Under the pieces are notes generated by a model. That model was given only the letters and a program-made list of their open reading frames with translations. It did no database searches and had not been told where the DNA came from. A program made the translations under genes and the position numbers. This document shows positions 1-9,861 of a stretch of 64,000 bases of DNA, piece by piece. This stretch comes from Infirmifilum sp. (GTDB lineage Archaea; Thermoproteota; Thermoprotei; Thermofilales; Thermofilaceae), in the NCBI GenBank assembly GCA_041287245.1, contig JBEULP010000117.1:256001-320000 (forward strand), given 5' to 3'. The stretch's first letter is position 1. Each line of letters starts with the position of its first letter.

Positions 1-19
1 TTTTTAGATGTTATAAGCT

Positions 20-1222
20 ATGAAGAGTATGGTCAATAGAAGGCTCTTAGTAGCCCTAGCCGTATTATACGTCCTCTACTTTTTAGTCTATGTTCACAGG
101 ACGATAACAGGAGTCCTAAAACCAGAATTGCAGGTTATTTCTGCTCAAACTGGCTTTGAATTGGCTCTACTCTCCTCCTTAATGGCCTCGGCATATTTTT
201 ATGCATACTCAGCTATGCAGCTCCCCGGCGGGGTTCTCGCCGACGCGCTGGGAGTTAGAAGATATGTTGCTCTCAGTGGAGGGGTTATGGCGCTAGGGGC
301 GCTTCTATTTTCATCAGCTGTCCCTACGCTCATGCTGATCGGCCGCTTCCTTATTGGAGGAGGAGCCGCAGCTGTCTACATCTCTATTCAAAGGGTTATA
401 GGCGTCTATGCTGAAAAAAAACGTGGGGGTCTCCTTACTGGTCTTGCTCTATCTGTTGGGAATCTAGGTGCATTATTTGCAACGGTTCCTGCAAGGTCGC
501 TGCTAGATGTTTTAGGCTTTTCAGAGTTTTTCTTCGTTCTTACGCTAGTATCGGTGGTTCTAGCGATCATACCACTTTACGCGATTAGTGATGAGGGGAT
601 AAGTAGCAAGGGAGTGGTGGAAGGGCTCAGGAAGGCCCTGAGACAGTTAAAAATTGTTGTGAAGTCATACCACTCATGGGCTGTTGCCCTTGCTTATACA
701 GGGACGTACTCGGCTGTACTTGCTTTTCAATCGTTTTGGGGTTATGAGTACATGCAGAAGTATTATGGTTTTTCAAAGGCGGAGGCAGCGGAAGCATTGT
801 TTTTCCTCGCACTTGCTTTTCTCATAAGTGTTCCTATTATAGGATATGTAAGTGACTCTCTTCTCAAGAAAAGAAAGCCTATACTTATAGCCGGCTGTTT
901 TCTCCACTCGTTAGCATGGTTTACAGCTGCTTTAGCTCCCAGCCTCGGTGTAACAAGGATGGGCATTTACCTATTTAGCTTCGTACTAGGCTTAATAGCT
1001 TCAACTCACATGGTGATATCTCCCATGTCACGGGAGGCATACCCACCAGAATTTTCAGGGACTACATTTGCCTTTGTAAACCTCATAGGTTTCCTGACAG
1101 TTGCTATCTACCAAAGCCTAGGAGTAGTATTCACAAATCCTCTTAATGTTCTCACCCTCTACGGAGTGATCGCCTTCATAACAGGAGTATTGGCCCTAAA
1201 AACAAAGGAAACTCTCAGTTAA
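20..1222 (+). CDS. MFS transporter
   Basis: About 12 hydrophobic segments; MFS motif A-like GVLADALGVRR and GYVSDSLLKKRK. Confidence 0.9.
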   Translation: MKSMVNRRLLVALAVLYVLYFLVYVHRTITGVLKPELQVISAQTGFELALLSSLMASAYFYAYSAMQLPGGVLADALGVRRYVALSGGVMALGALLFSSAVPTLMLIGRFLIGGGAAAVYISIQRVIGVYAEKKRGGLLTGLALSVGNLGALFATVPARSLLDVLGFSEFFFVLTLVSVVLAIIPLYAISDEGISSKGVVEGLRKALRQLKIVVKSYHSWAVALAYTGTYSAVLAFQSFWGYEYMQKYYGFSKAEAAEALFFLALAFLISVPIIGYVSDSLLKKRKPILIAGCFLHSLAWFTAALAPSLGVTRMGIYLFSFVLGLIASTHMVISPMSREAYPPEFSGTTFAFVNLIGFLTVAIYQSLGVVFTNPLNVLTLYGVIAFITGVLALKTKETLS

Positions 1223-1238
1223 AAAATAAAAATATTAT

Positions 1239-1883
1239 TCATGGGGTTTGTACAGCTCCGTACCAAGGCGTCCATTTGCCCCATGCGGGTATGTGTCCAA
1301 AGGTTGCGTTTACTCCTATATATAGGGCCACTAAGCCAGCGATAGCCAGCAAGGCTACTCCAAGCCAAGCTAGCATCTTGTTTTTCATGTTGAAGAAGAT
1401 TGGCGATAAGAGGACGGAAAGCCCTGTTAAGAAGTACATGGCAAAGGTGGCGTCAGGCTCCTTGGTTAAATGATAGTTGAGTATCGCTATTCCATGTACC
1501 ACGGGCAGGATTCCAATGAAGGCGAAGGGGATGGAGGTTAAAGCTATATTGATTCTAAGAAGTAATGAAAGGCCCAAAATAAGACAAGCCAGGCCGAATA
1601 TCGCCCAAGGATCCATTAGGACGATGTTATAGGGACCTGGAAATGGCCACGTGATCGTTGCCCAAATACCAGTTGCTAAGGCATATAAGCCTACTCCGAA
1701 GAAGAACACTCCATAGCCTCTATTTAGTTGTTCCAGGTCTCTCAGAGGCTTAATAAAGTTAAAGTAGATAAAGGTGGCGGTAGCGAGTAGGGTTGCGCCT
1801 AGTAGCATCAACCAAGTGTCTAGTGGATCTACCACAAGTAATGCAGCGGCAACATTAACTACTGAGAGGTGTTGCATCGTCAT
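1239..1883 (-). CDS. DUF981-like multi-pass membrane protein
   Basis: 6 TM segments; WPFPGPYNIVLMDP motif recalled from DUF981 proteins. Confidence 0.65.
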   Translation of the reverse strand: MTMQHLSVVNVAAALLVVDPLDTWLMLLGATLLATATFIYFNFIKPLRDLEQLNRGYGVFFFGVGLYALATGIWATITWPFPGPYNIVLMDPWAIFGLACLILGLSLLLRINIALTSIPFAFIGILPVVHGIAILNYHLTKEPDATFAMYFLTGLSVLLSPIFFNMKNKMLAWLGVALLAIAGLVALYIGVNATFGHIPAWGKWTPWYGAVQTP

Positions 1884-2221
1884 AGCAATAAATCATTATG
1901 TAAAGATTTAAATATAGTTCTCTTTTTTCCGTTTGAAAAAAAGCCTCTTAAGTTATTTCGGTTTTAAGAAAAAATTAGTAAGCGAATACAGCTATCTTGA
2001 AGCTGAAAAAGGAGAGTTAAAGCCAAAATGTAAAGCTTAACATGTAATTTTTGCTAGGCTGATGCAATTAGTGAGAATGCACTCTAAGGCAAGTTGAGAA
2101 TGTCGATCATTATCCAGGACAAGCCATGCGGTTAAGATGAGTGGGTGTATGATTTCCTTGCTCACGTTTCATGAACAGCAGAAACCAATAAGTATATACT
2201 TTGGCAAAACAGGTTACAATT

Positions 2222-2494
2222 ATGTACCTATCTAACCCTAATGTTGCCCCAATATACTCAATTGGTCTTGGCCCTACCGAGATATTACTACTTGCGATAA
2301 TAGCAATAATACTATTCGCACCTAGGAAAATACCCGAGCTTGCTAAGGCAATAAAAGAGTCAGCTGACATACTTAGAAAGGAGACGAGCGAGGATGAGGT
2401 TAGAAAGGATGAACCAGAAAAAGAGAAGCAATTAGAGAAGATTTCTGAAAAACTCAAGGATAAAGAGGAGAAGAATAAAAAGAGGTTATTCTAG
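2222..2494 (+). CDS. tatA: Twin-arginine translocase TatA/E family subunit
   Basis: GLGPTEILLLAIIAIILFAPRKIPELAKAI = TM + amphipathic helix, charged tail; ATG at 2222 preferred over TTG 2201. Confidence 0.88.
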   Translation: MYLSNPNVAPIYSIGLGPTEILLLAIIAIILFAPRKIPELAKAIKESADILRKETSEDEVRKDEPEKEKQLEKISEKLKDKEEKNKKRLF

Positions 2495-3225
2495 CTTGGC
2501 TTAGAACATACAGGGCAATCCTCTCTTCTCGAAACCTTTAAAACTTCAAATGAGCTCCTGGCACCATCAAAGATGAAGAGCCTGCCTATAGGTATTTCAC
2601 CATGTCCCGTAAGTATCTTCAAAGCCTCAAGGGCTTCTAGGGAGCCCAAGAAACCAGCTGTCGGCCCAGCGACTGGAAGATGTTTTTCTTCTTGGATATT
2701 TTCCGGGAAGATGCATCTGAGGCATGGGCCAGCGCGGGGGATAACGACCATTAACTGCCCGTAAAGTCCTCGAATAGCAGCATGTATCAATGGTTTACTC
2801 AGCTTGACGCAAGCTTCATTGATCAAAAACCTTGTCTTCCAGTTATCAAGACAGTCTACAACGATATCTGCTTCCCGTATGATTTCTAGAGCGTCGTCCA
2901 AGGTGTTGATGCGTTTATTGATAATATCTATCTTCACATCCGGGTTTAGTTTCCTTAGCTTGGCGAAAGCGCTTTCAACTTTAAACGAGCCTATATCGGA
3001 GGTCCAGTGTAAGAACTGTCTGTTAAGGTTGCTCAGCTCAACTTTTTCGGAGTCTATGAGTATTACTCTACCAACTCCAGCGGCTACTAGATAGGTCGCC
3101 ACGGGGGAGCCCAAGCCTCCCAGTCCAAATATAGCCACAGTGGACTTCTTCAACTTTTCCTGCGCCTCAACACCCCATACCCTGATTTGCCTATCATATC
3201 TTGTTAGCTCCTCATCTGTGAGCAT
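2491..3225 (-). CDS. ThiF/MoeB/E1-like adenylyltransferase
   Basis: RYDRQI, GLGGLG, SNLNRQ, two CxxC motifs (CLRC, CPVC). Confidence 0.93.
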   Translation of the reverse strand: MLTDEELTRYDRQIRVWGVEAQEKLKKSTVAIFGLGGLGSPVATYLVAAGVGRVILIDSEKVELSNLNRQFLHWTSDIGSFKVESAFAKLRKLNPDVKIDIINKRINTLDDALEIIREADIVVDCLDNWKTRFLINEACVKLSKPLIHAAIRGLYGQLMVVIPRAGPCLRCIFPENIQEEKHLPVAGPTAGFLGSLEALEALKILTGHGEIPIGRLFIFDGARSSFEVLKVSRREDCPVCSKPS

Positions 3226-3286
3226 GCAATCATTACTATTTTCTTTGGAAATAATTAATTTATTTCGGTATTGAAAGAGTATTTGT

Positions 3287-4030
3287 GTGAAGGCGGTAGC
3301 CGTAGTAGGGTTTAAAGACTCTGGAAAAACAACCGTCGCGGAGTTTCTCGTCAGGGAGTTAAGGTCCAGGGGCCTCCGGGTAGCTGCTATTAAACATGCG
3401 CACGGCGGGATAACACTTTATGACGACGATTCAAGCCGTCTCTTCAAGGCTGGCGCAGACATTGCCGTTGCGCTGGCAGATGGTGAGTCTGTTGAGCTGA
3501 AGAGAGGGAAGCAAAGCCTGTGGCAGTATCTTTCTCTTTTCAGAGGGTATGACTTTTTAGTTGTTGAGGGGTTTAAGAGTATATTTCCAGGCTCGCGAAT
3601 AGTAGTTGCGAGGGACGTAGATGAGGCAAAGCAGCTTTCAAGTCCTCTTGTAATAGCCTACACTGGTAGGGTAGCTGAAGAAGCCACAGAGTCCCCCTTT
3701 AATGCCCCCCTTGTAAACTTCTCCAGGGAGCCCGAAAAGCTTGTAAACATTGCTTTAGAGAAGTCCTTAGAACCGCTCCCAGGGCTCAACTGCGGTTTTT
3801 GTAAGTACGGGAGTTGTATGGCTTTAGCTGAGGCTATAGCTAAGGGTGAAGCGGGGCTGGGGGAGTGTGTTGTACTTAAGAGTAAGGTGAAGCTAGTTGT
3901 TGATGGTAAACCGGTGGAGCTGAATCCTTTTGTCCAAGATGTCTTTAAGAATGTAATGCTTGGCCTTGCGTCTTTACTGAAAGGCGTAGAGCCTAATCCA
4001 AGGAGACTGGAACTAACCGTTTCCTTATAA
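3287..4030 (+). CDS. mobB: Molybdopterin-guanine dinucleotide biosynthesis protein MobB with C-terminal Fe-S domain
   Basis: VVGFKDSGKTT, IKHAH, VEGFK; CGFCxYxSC...C cluster motif. Confidence 0.88.
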   Translation: MKAVAVVGFKDSGKTTVAEFLVRELRSRGLRVAAIKHAHGGITLYDDDSSRLFKAGADIAVALADGESVELKRGKQSLWQYLSLFRGYDFLVVEGFKSIFPGSRIVVARDVDEAKQLSSPLVIAYTGRVAEEATESPFNAPLVNFSREPEKLVNIALEKSLEPLPGLNCGFCKYGSCMALAEAIAKGEAGLGECVVLKSKVKLVVDGKPVELNPFVQDVFKNVMLGLASLLKGVEPNPRRLELTVSL

Positions 4031-4093
4031 ACTTACTGGGTATTCCGGTGAAGCGATTTTTATACTTCTACAACGCTCATAGAAAGAAGGATT

Positions 4094-5047
4094 ATGCTAC
4101 CTACAACTTTAGTGGGTAGTTTTCCGCTAGATTACTCGATAGCCAATATTAGGAAAACCCTTGAAGACCAGTTTAAGCTGGGAGTGACTTTCCCGGTGCT
4201 CCCTCAGCTTCGAGACTTCGTCTACATCTACCTTCAGCCCCTACTAGCTCAAGGAATAGTCCTGAAAGAGGGCCTGGGCTACCGCTTGGCGAAGGATATC
4301 AATGAAGCTGAAATTGAGGTCCCTGAGGATGTCTTAATAGCAGCTGACGTGGCCAGGGAGATGGGGTTGAAATACCGGGTCCCCATTACAGGACCCTTTA
4401 CTCTTGCTTCGAAGATAGCACTCCCTAATGGCAGGATCGGTGACATCTCCACATCTGCCGTTACAGAGAAGAAAACCTTAGAGTCTATTGTAGAATATAT
4501 GGGAAAGCTAGCCCGAAAAATCGACAGTGAAGTTAAAGGGCATCTCTACTGTGTGGATGAGCCGGTACTAGCAGTAATTGTCGGGTCTAGGAATATAATG
4601 TATGGTTACTCTCCTGAGTTTATTCACGACAAGCTGGACTACGTTCTAAGTAACTTGAGCGGGGAGATGAGAGGGATACATGTCTGCGGAAAACTTCCTC
4701 CTTTGCTGAAACAAATTTTACTAAATCTTCAGAACGCCGGTTTTCTCGACCACGAGCACAGTGATTTCCCCGCGAACAGGACGTATTATTCACGGGAAGA
4801 GCTCCTCAAAAGCTCGAAAAAACTTGGGTATGGTATAATCTCTCCAAGCAAGCCATCTGTCGAAAATAAGGAGATTGTGCTCTCCCTCGCAAAGGACGCT
4901 TATGACCGTTATGGCGACGCCATCGCGTTTTTCAAGCCTGACTGTGGCTTCGGTGGGCTTAAGGGTTATCTCGGGGGACGCGAATACGAGGAGATAGTCT
5001 TAGAAAAAATAAAACTGCTTGTAGAGGTCGCAGAGGAGGTGTCCTAG
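4094..5047 (+). CDS. Single-barrel MetE-like (cobalamin-independent methionine synthase II family) methyltransferase
   Basis: TTLVGSFP, ITGPFTLA, VDEP, HVCG and PDCGF zinc-ligand motifs. Confidence 0.75.
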   Translation: MLPTTLVGSFPLDYSIANIRKTLEDQFKLGVTFPVLPQLRDFVYIYLQPLLAQGIVLKEGLGYRLAKDINEAEIEVPEDVLIAADVAREMGLKYRVPITGPFTLASKIALPNGRIGDISTSAVTEKKTLESIVEYMGKLARKIDSEVKGHLYCVDEPVLAVIVGSRNIMYGYSPEFIHDKLDYVLSNLSGEMRGIHVCGKLPPLLKQILLNLQNAGFLDHEHSDFPANRTYYSREELLKSSKKLGYGIISPSKPSVENKEIVLSLAKDAYDRYGDAIAFFKPDCGFGGLKGYLGGREYEEIVLEKIKLLVEVAEEVS

Positions 5048-5739
5048 TGCAGCTCCTTGAGCTTGAGGAGCCTATTGTTTGTAGGATTGTCGGGAGGGTT
5101 AACAGGTTCGTCGTGGCTGTTCGAGCGGGAGGAGAGGAGAGCCTCGCCCATATAAACAATACGGGGAGACTTCTCGAATATATCAAAGGTGGAAAGACAG
5201 GCTACTGTCTACCGCATCGAGGGAAGACTCGCTATCGTTTGATAGCTGTTGAAGACATCGACGGTGCGGCTCTTATTGATACACAACTACAGATGAAGAG
5301 TTTCGAAGTAGCAGTACAAGGGAAAGTGCTTGAATGGGCTCAGTGCGACTTGATTTCAAGGTCCCCTGAGGTTGGAAGATCTAAGCTGGACTATCTTTTA
5401 AGGTGCCGGGGGAGGGAAACTTTCACCGAGCTTAAAAGTGCTGTTCTCAGACAGGGAGACTACGCGATGTACCCGGATTGCCCCACACCGAGGGGCAGGA
5501 GGCATATTATGGAGCTTATTGAGCTTTCCAGCTCCCGGGTTCGTACTTTACTGGTCTTCGTCGCAGGGTTAAGGGGGGTGAAAGCGTTCAAACCTAACAC
5601 AGAAGGAGACCCCGAGGTAGCAAGACTGTTAAAAAACGCCGTCTCGGCAGGGGTTGTTGTTAAGGGTTTCTCAATCTTCTATGACCCCAGCGGTTCTAGA
5701 ATACTTCTCGATAGAAAAAACCTTAGAATAGAGATATAA
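5047..5739 (+). CDS. sfsA: DNA/RNA nuclease SfsA
   Basis: RVNRF, HINNTGRLLE, ELKSA, YPDCPTPRGRRH. Confidence 0.93.
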   Translation: MQLLELEEPIVCRIVGRVNRFVVAVRAGGEESLAHINNTGRLLEYIKGGKTGYCLPHRGKTRYRLIAVEDIDGAALIDTQLQMKSFEVAVQGKVLEWAQCDLISRSPEVGRSKLDYLLRCRGRETFTELKSAVLRQGDYAMYPDCPTPRGRRHIMELIELSSSRVRTLLVFVAGLRGVKAFKPNTEGDPEVARLLKNAVSAGVVVKGFSIFYDPSGSRILLDRKNLRIEI

Positions 5740-5743
5740 AGTC

Positions 5744-7513
5744 TTAGGTTTTTTCAGCTATACATTTGATGAGATTCGCGTACTCCTTCTTAGCCGCCTC
5801 CATATACTCTCTACTCAGAAGACCATGAGGTGTAGGTACCTCGAAGATGCGTTTCGGAAACTCTACCTCATCCGGATTAAAGCCTTCGCGGATTTTTAGC
5901 TTATATTTTTCTCTCAATATTTTCCTGCCTAGCTCCTTCAAGTCATCGACTGTAAGATTTATTCCAAGGGGTTTCAACGCCTCGGATATTATCTCTGGCT
6001 TGTAGATTTCCCTAGCGAACAAGCATATGACCAGGCTAGTTAGAACCTGTCTCCAAGACTCCTCTTCATATAACGCTTTAACCAAATCGCTTGGTGAAAC
6101 ATCTTTCCCCAGAGTTTTCTGGTCTAAGGAATAGCCAGCGCTGTCCAAGTGGCTATGTCTGGCCCCGAAGGCATAGTTAAGGTATGCAGCGGGACCTGTG
6201 TGATAGCCAGCCATTTCGTTGCCGCTGAAAGATAAAGCGAAATCTTTTCCACCGAATTTTTCCGCTGCAAACCGCACACCTCTCGCCATAGCTTTATAGA
6301 GCTCCGTGGGTTGGTCTACGATTCTCTTAACGGCCTCTATATAGGAGGAATAGTTGCCCCAGTCGAGCTCTACACCATCGAGATCACTCTTTGATACTAG
6401 GCCCCGCTTGTACGCCTCGGTGGCCCAGGCTAGGACAACACCCGTGGACATGGCATCAAGTCCATAGGTTTCTACTATATCGATTAGTTTGAATAAACCC
6501 TCGGGCTCTCTAGCGCCAAGCATAGCGCCGAGAGCATAGATAGGCTCGTAGTCGTAGCCTATGAATGTTGTCTTATAAAAGTAGGGTTCCTCCTCGTATG
6601 GTTCTCTGAGCACTGCTAGGTGGATGCAAGCAACTGGGCAATGTGCACATGAGACCCTTCTACCTAAGTAGTGCTCAGCCAGGTATTCTCCCGATATTTT
6701 CTCGGCTGTGTCTAGGTAGCTCTGCTGAAGATTAAGGGAAGGTAGAGCTTTCAACGCATTCAATTGTAGCACGTTTACAGGAGTTCCTATCTCGTGGTAC
6801 TTCCTCATGAGCTGACTTTCAACGATCAGCTTGAATATCCTGTCGTAGACTTCGCGGTACGCCCTCTTGTCTACAACCGGTATTGAGGATCTCCCAGATA
6901 CCACTACGGCTTTAAGGCGTTTACTCCCGAAAACCGCGCCCAACCCCAACCTGCCGAAGTGCCTGTATGTCTCAGTGACAACACCAGCATAGCTCACCAT
7001 TTTCTCCCCAGCCCTTCCAATCCGCATTATAGTCCGCATACCTGACCCAGGCTCAACTTCCATCAGGATCCTACCCACAGTGTAGCTGCTAGTCATACCC
7101 CAGAGTGCTCGGGCATCACGGAAGTAGACTTTGTCTCCATGTATGGAAAGCCAAACTGGAAGGTCGCTTGCACCTTTAATCACGATTGCACCATATCCCG
7201 CGAGACGGATCGCTATGGCCGTCCTACCACCAGCGTGGCTTTCTCCCAGGTTTCCCGTGTGAGGGCTTTTGAAGAGGGCTACAGTTTTAGAAGCTGTGGG
7301 GTAGAGCGCGTTGAATGGGCCTGTGGCGAAAACAATAACGTTTTCTGGTCCTAGGGGATCGGCGTTTCTGGGAAGTTCTTCTTCGAGTAATTTGATAGCT
7401 ACGCCTGTCCCCCCTAGGTATTCCTCAAAAAGGTCGCTGCGATTCTCAACCCAGTATTTCTTGTTGGTTAGATCAATATACAGGACTCTGCCTAGACTAC
7501 TGATCACCGACAT
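5744..7513 (-). CDS. Tungsten-containing aldehyde:ferredoxin oxidoreductase family protein
   Basis: YLGGTG, KSPHTG, GRLGLGAVFGSKRLKA, CAHCPVAC, DYEP, GLDAMSTG; ATG 7513 preferred. Confidence 0.93.
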   Translation of the reverse strand: MSVISSLGRVLYIDLTNKKYWVENRSDLFEEYLGGTGVAIKLLEEELPRNADPLGPENVIVFATGPFNALYPTASKTVALFKSPHTGNLGESHAGGRTAIAIRLAGYGAIVIKGASDLPVWLSIHGDKVYFRDARALWGMTSSYTVGRILMEVEPGSGMRTIMRIGRAGEKMVSYAGVVTETYRHFGRLGLGAVFGSKRLKAVVVSGRSSIPVVDKRAYREVYDRIFKLIVESQLMRKYHEIGTPVNVLQLNALKALPSLNLQQSYLDTAEKISGEYLAEHYLGRRVSCAHCPVACIHLAVLREPYEEEPYFYKTTFIGYDYEPIYALGAMLGAREPEGLFKLIDIVETYGLDAMSTGVVLAWATEAYKRGLVSKSDLDGVELDWGNYSSYIEAVKRIVDQPTELYKAMARGVRFAAEKFGGKDFALSFSGNEMAGYHTGPAAYLNYAFGARHSHLDSAGYSLDQKTLGKDVSPSDLVKALYEEESWRQVLTSLVICLFAREIYKPEIISEALKPLGINLTVDDLKELGRKILREKYKLKIREGFNPDEVEFPKRIFEVPTPHGLLSREYMEAAKKEYANLIKCIAEKT

Positions 7514-7518
7514 ATGTT

Positions 7519-7914
7519 TCACCCTGAGAGAGATAAAACTCCGTAGGGGCAATAATTAGCGCAGTAGCCGCAATGAACGCATATGATTGGCTTATTAGTC
7601 TCATAATCCCATAGAACCGCACCGATTGGGCAAGCACGGGCACAGTTGCCGCAGCCTATACACTTAGAGGAATTGAGCAGTACACCCCCATCTTTACGCT
7701 TAACTAAAGCACCCGTCGGACAAGCGGCGGCACATGACGGCTCAGCACACCCCCTGCACACGACAACTTTAAAGCCTCTCTCTACGCCACCTATGCTTGA
7801 CACGTGTATTGCAGCCTTAGCAAGCCCGCCTTCCCCAAATCTACGCGAGCAAGCGAACATGCAAGACATGCATCCAACGCATTTCGCTACATCTTGGACG
7901 ACAAGTCTAGTCAC
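7519..7914 (-). CDS. Multi-[4Fe-4S] ferredoxin-like subunit of the adjacent AOR
   Basis: Four CxxC-based cluster motifs; 5 nt upstream of AOR. Confidence 0.9.
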   Translation of the reverse strand: MTRLVVQDVAKCVGCMSCMFACSRRFGEGGLAKAAIHVSSIGGVERGFKVVVCRGCAEPSCAAACPTGALVKRKDGGVLLNSSKCIGCGNCARACPIGAVLWDYETNKPIICVHCGYCANYCPYGVLSLSG

Positions 7915-8016
7915 GCCTTATTTTATCCACTCATAATATAATAGTTATCTTAGTTATCTTAAGAAGATCAGTTAAAAAAGAGATTTTTATAGACCTAGGT
8001 CGTAATATTATTACGT

Positions 8017-9144
8017 ATGAACACTTCTGAACACAAGGAGGAATTTTTAATCCCTCTTGTTTCGCTCCGAGATACGACTACAGTAAATGTGGCTGCTGAG
8101 AAAATGTGGGAAAACGAAGTGCCCGTGGTACCTGTCGTTGACGCTGAGAAGAAGTATATAGGGGTTGTCTCGATCTTCACCCTCCTCAAGACTAGGGTGC
8201 AGGGAAGCACCAAACTAAGAAGTCTCATTGAGAAAGCCCCTTTAGTGGAATTGCCAGCAGATCCGATATATGTGGCGAGGCTTTTGGCGCGGACGGGCCT
8301 TCCGGGGTTAGCTGTTTTAAAGGGGGGTGATGTGGCAGGAATAGTATCTGCGAGACGTGTTATCTATGCTCTAAAACTGGCTCCTAGGGTGCCGGCTAGG
8401 CACCTTATGTATCCTTTAGAGCCACTTGAGCCTGATGATAGTATTGAGAAGGCTAGAAAGATAATCGCACAAGTGGGGCTCAGGCTTTTGCCTGTTGCAA
8501 AGGATGGGAAGCTTTTAGGCGTTGTAAAAGTGTACGATCTCGTCAATTTTATATATAACACCCCTCTCCGCCGAGATCGTTTAGGGGAGGTAAAAGGAGA
8601 AGTAGAATACTTTCTAGACCAGCCTGTCTCGAAGATCATAACCTCCTCTCATAGGATAGTAAATGTTGATACTCTCCCCATAGTAGAAGATATCGCAGAA
8701 GGAGCTGTTATTGTAGACTCAAAACAAATGGTTGTGGGTGTTATTTCCCCATATATTTTCTTGAGGCGGTTACTATCACAACTGGAAGAGGCGAGACTCC
8801 CCGTAACGGTCGAAGGGGTAGACGAGCTTGACTTTGTAGAGCAAAACCTGATTACCCGTAAGGTGCTTGAGACAGCTAGAATAGTTGCCGAAAGAGCCAA
8901 TCTCCTGGAGTTATCAGTTGTCATAAAGTCTCGTGAAAAGACTGGGGATCGGCGTTGGTACGAGGTGAAAGTTTCTATAAAACTCGATAAAGGTGTGTAC
9001 TCGACCTCTTCTGCAGGCTGGAGCGCCTTCGAAGCTGTTTCTGAAGCTTTGGAGCTCGCGTATAAGAATTTTTCTAAGACGAAAGAGAAAAAGCGAGAGC
9101 GCAGAATTGATTTAGCAAGGCTACGGAAGAGTTTAGGCTTTTAG
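8017..9144 (+). CDS. CBS-domain protein with C-terminal HPF/RaiA-like domain (candidate ribosome hibernation factor)
   Basis: CBS repeats (VPVVD...GVVS; LPVAKDGKLLGVV); C-terminal ~115 aa shows HPF-like beta-alpha-beta-beta-beta-alpha pattern and basic tail. Confidence 0.72.
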   Translation: MNTSEHKEEFLIPLVSLRDTTTVNVAAEKMWENEVPVVPVVDAEKKYIGVVSIFTLLKTRVQGSTKLRSLIEKAPLVELPADPIYVARLLARTGLPGLAVLKGGDVAGIVSARRVIYALKLAPRVPARHLMYPLEPLEPDDSIEKARKIIAQVGLRLLPVAKDGKLLGVVKVYDLVNFIYNTPLRRDRLGEVKGEVEYFLDQPVSKIITSSHRIVNVDTLPIVEDIAEGAVIVDSKQMVVGVISPYIFLRRLLSQLEEARLPVTVEGVDELDFVEQNLITRKVLETARIVAERANLLELSVVIKSREKTGDRRWYEVKVSIKLDKGVYSTSSAGWSAFEAVSEALELAYKNFSKTKEKKRERRIDLARLRKSLGF

Positions 9145-9191
9145 CCTGGTTGAGGAAATAGATATTTAGGCTATTTTTCCTCTTTAAGCAT

Positions 9192-9839
9192 ATGGTTGAA
9201 ATTTTTCAGGATAGGCTACAGGCGGGACTGCTTCTCGGAGAAAAACTCCTTTCAACAAAGGAAGAGTGGGAAAAAACTGTAGTGTTAGGCATCCCAAGGG
9301 GAGGTGCAGTCACAGCATTAGGTGTTTCTAAGAAGCTTAAAGCTCCGCTAAGCATTATCGTCTCAAGGAAGCTCAGAGCCCCTGGGAACCCCGAGCTAGG
9401 CATAGGGGCTGTTAGTGAGCATGGAGCTCTATGGCTTAACCATGAAATAATAAGTCAACTAGGGGTAGGAGAAGAATACCTCCAGGCGGAAATATCTTTT
9501 CAGCAGAAACGCGTATCAGAATATATTGAGAAGTTCCGGGGAGGTCTTCCCCTCGACCTAAGCGGACATGATGCAATTATTGTCGACGACGGCGTCGCAA
9601 CCGGAGCTACTATTATAGCAGCAGCTATGGCCGCTAGAAAAGCTGGTGCCTCAAGGGTTATTGTAGCAACTCCTGTAATAGCCGAAGATGTAGTTGAAGT
9701 TGTGGCTAAATATTGCGATCTCCTTGTTTGGGTGTTAAAGCCTTTAATTCTCTATGCTGTCGGCATGTACTACAGCAACTTTTCAGAAGTAAAAGATGAG
9801 GAAGTCCTAAATATTCTCAATGTTTCCCATACTAGCTAA
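9192..9839 (+). CDS. Phosphoribosyltransferase-family protein
   Basis: IFQDRLQAG, GIPRGG, IIVDDGVATGAT PRPP loop. Confidence 0.9.
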   Translation: MVEIFQDRLQAGLLLGEKLLSTKEEWEKTVVLGIPRGGAVTALGVSKKLKAPLSIIVSRKLRAPGNPELGIGAVSEHGALWLNHEIISQLGVGEEYLQAEISFQQKRVSEYIEKFRGGLPLDLSGHDAIIVDDGVATGATIIAAAMAARKAGASRVIVATPVIAEDVVEVVAKYCDLLVWVLKPLILYAVGMYYSNFSEVKDEEVLNILNVSHTS

Positions 9840-9861
9840 TAAAATGCTGGACGTCTAGTCG

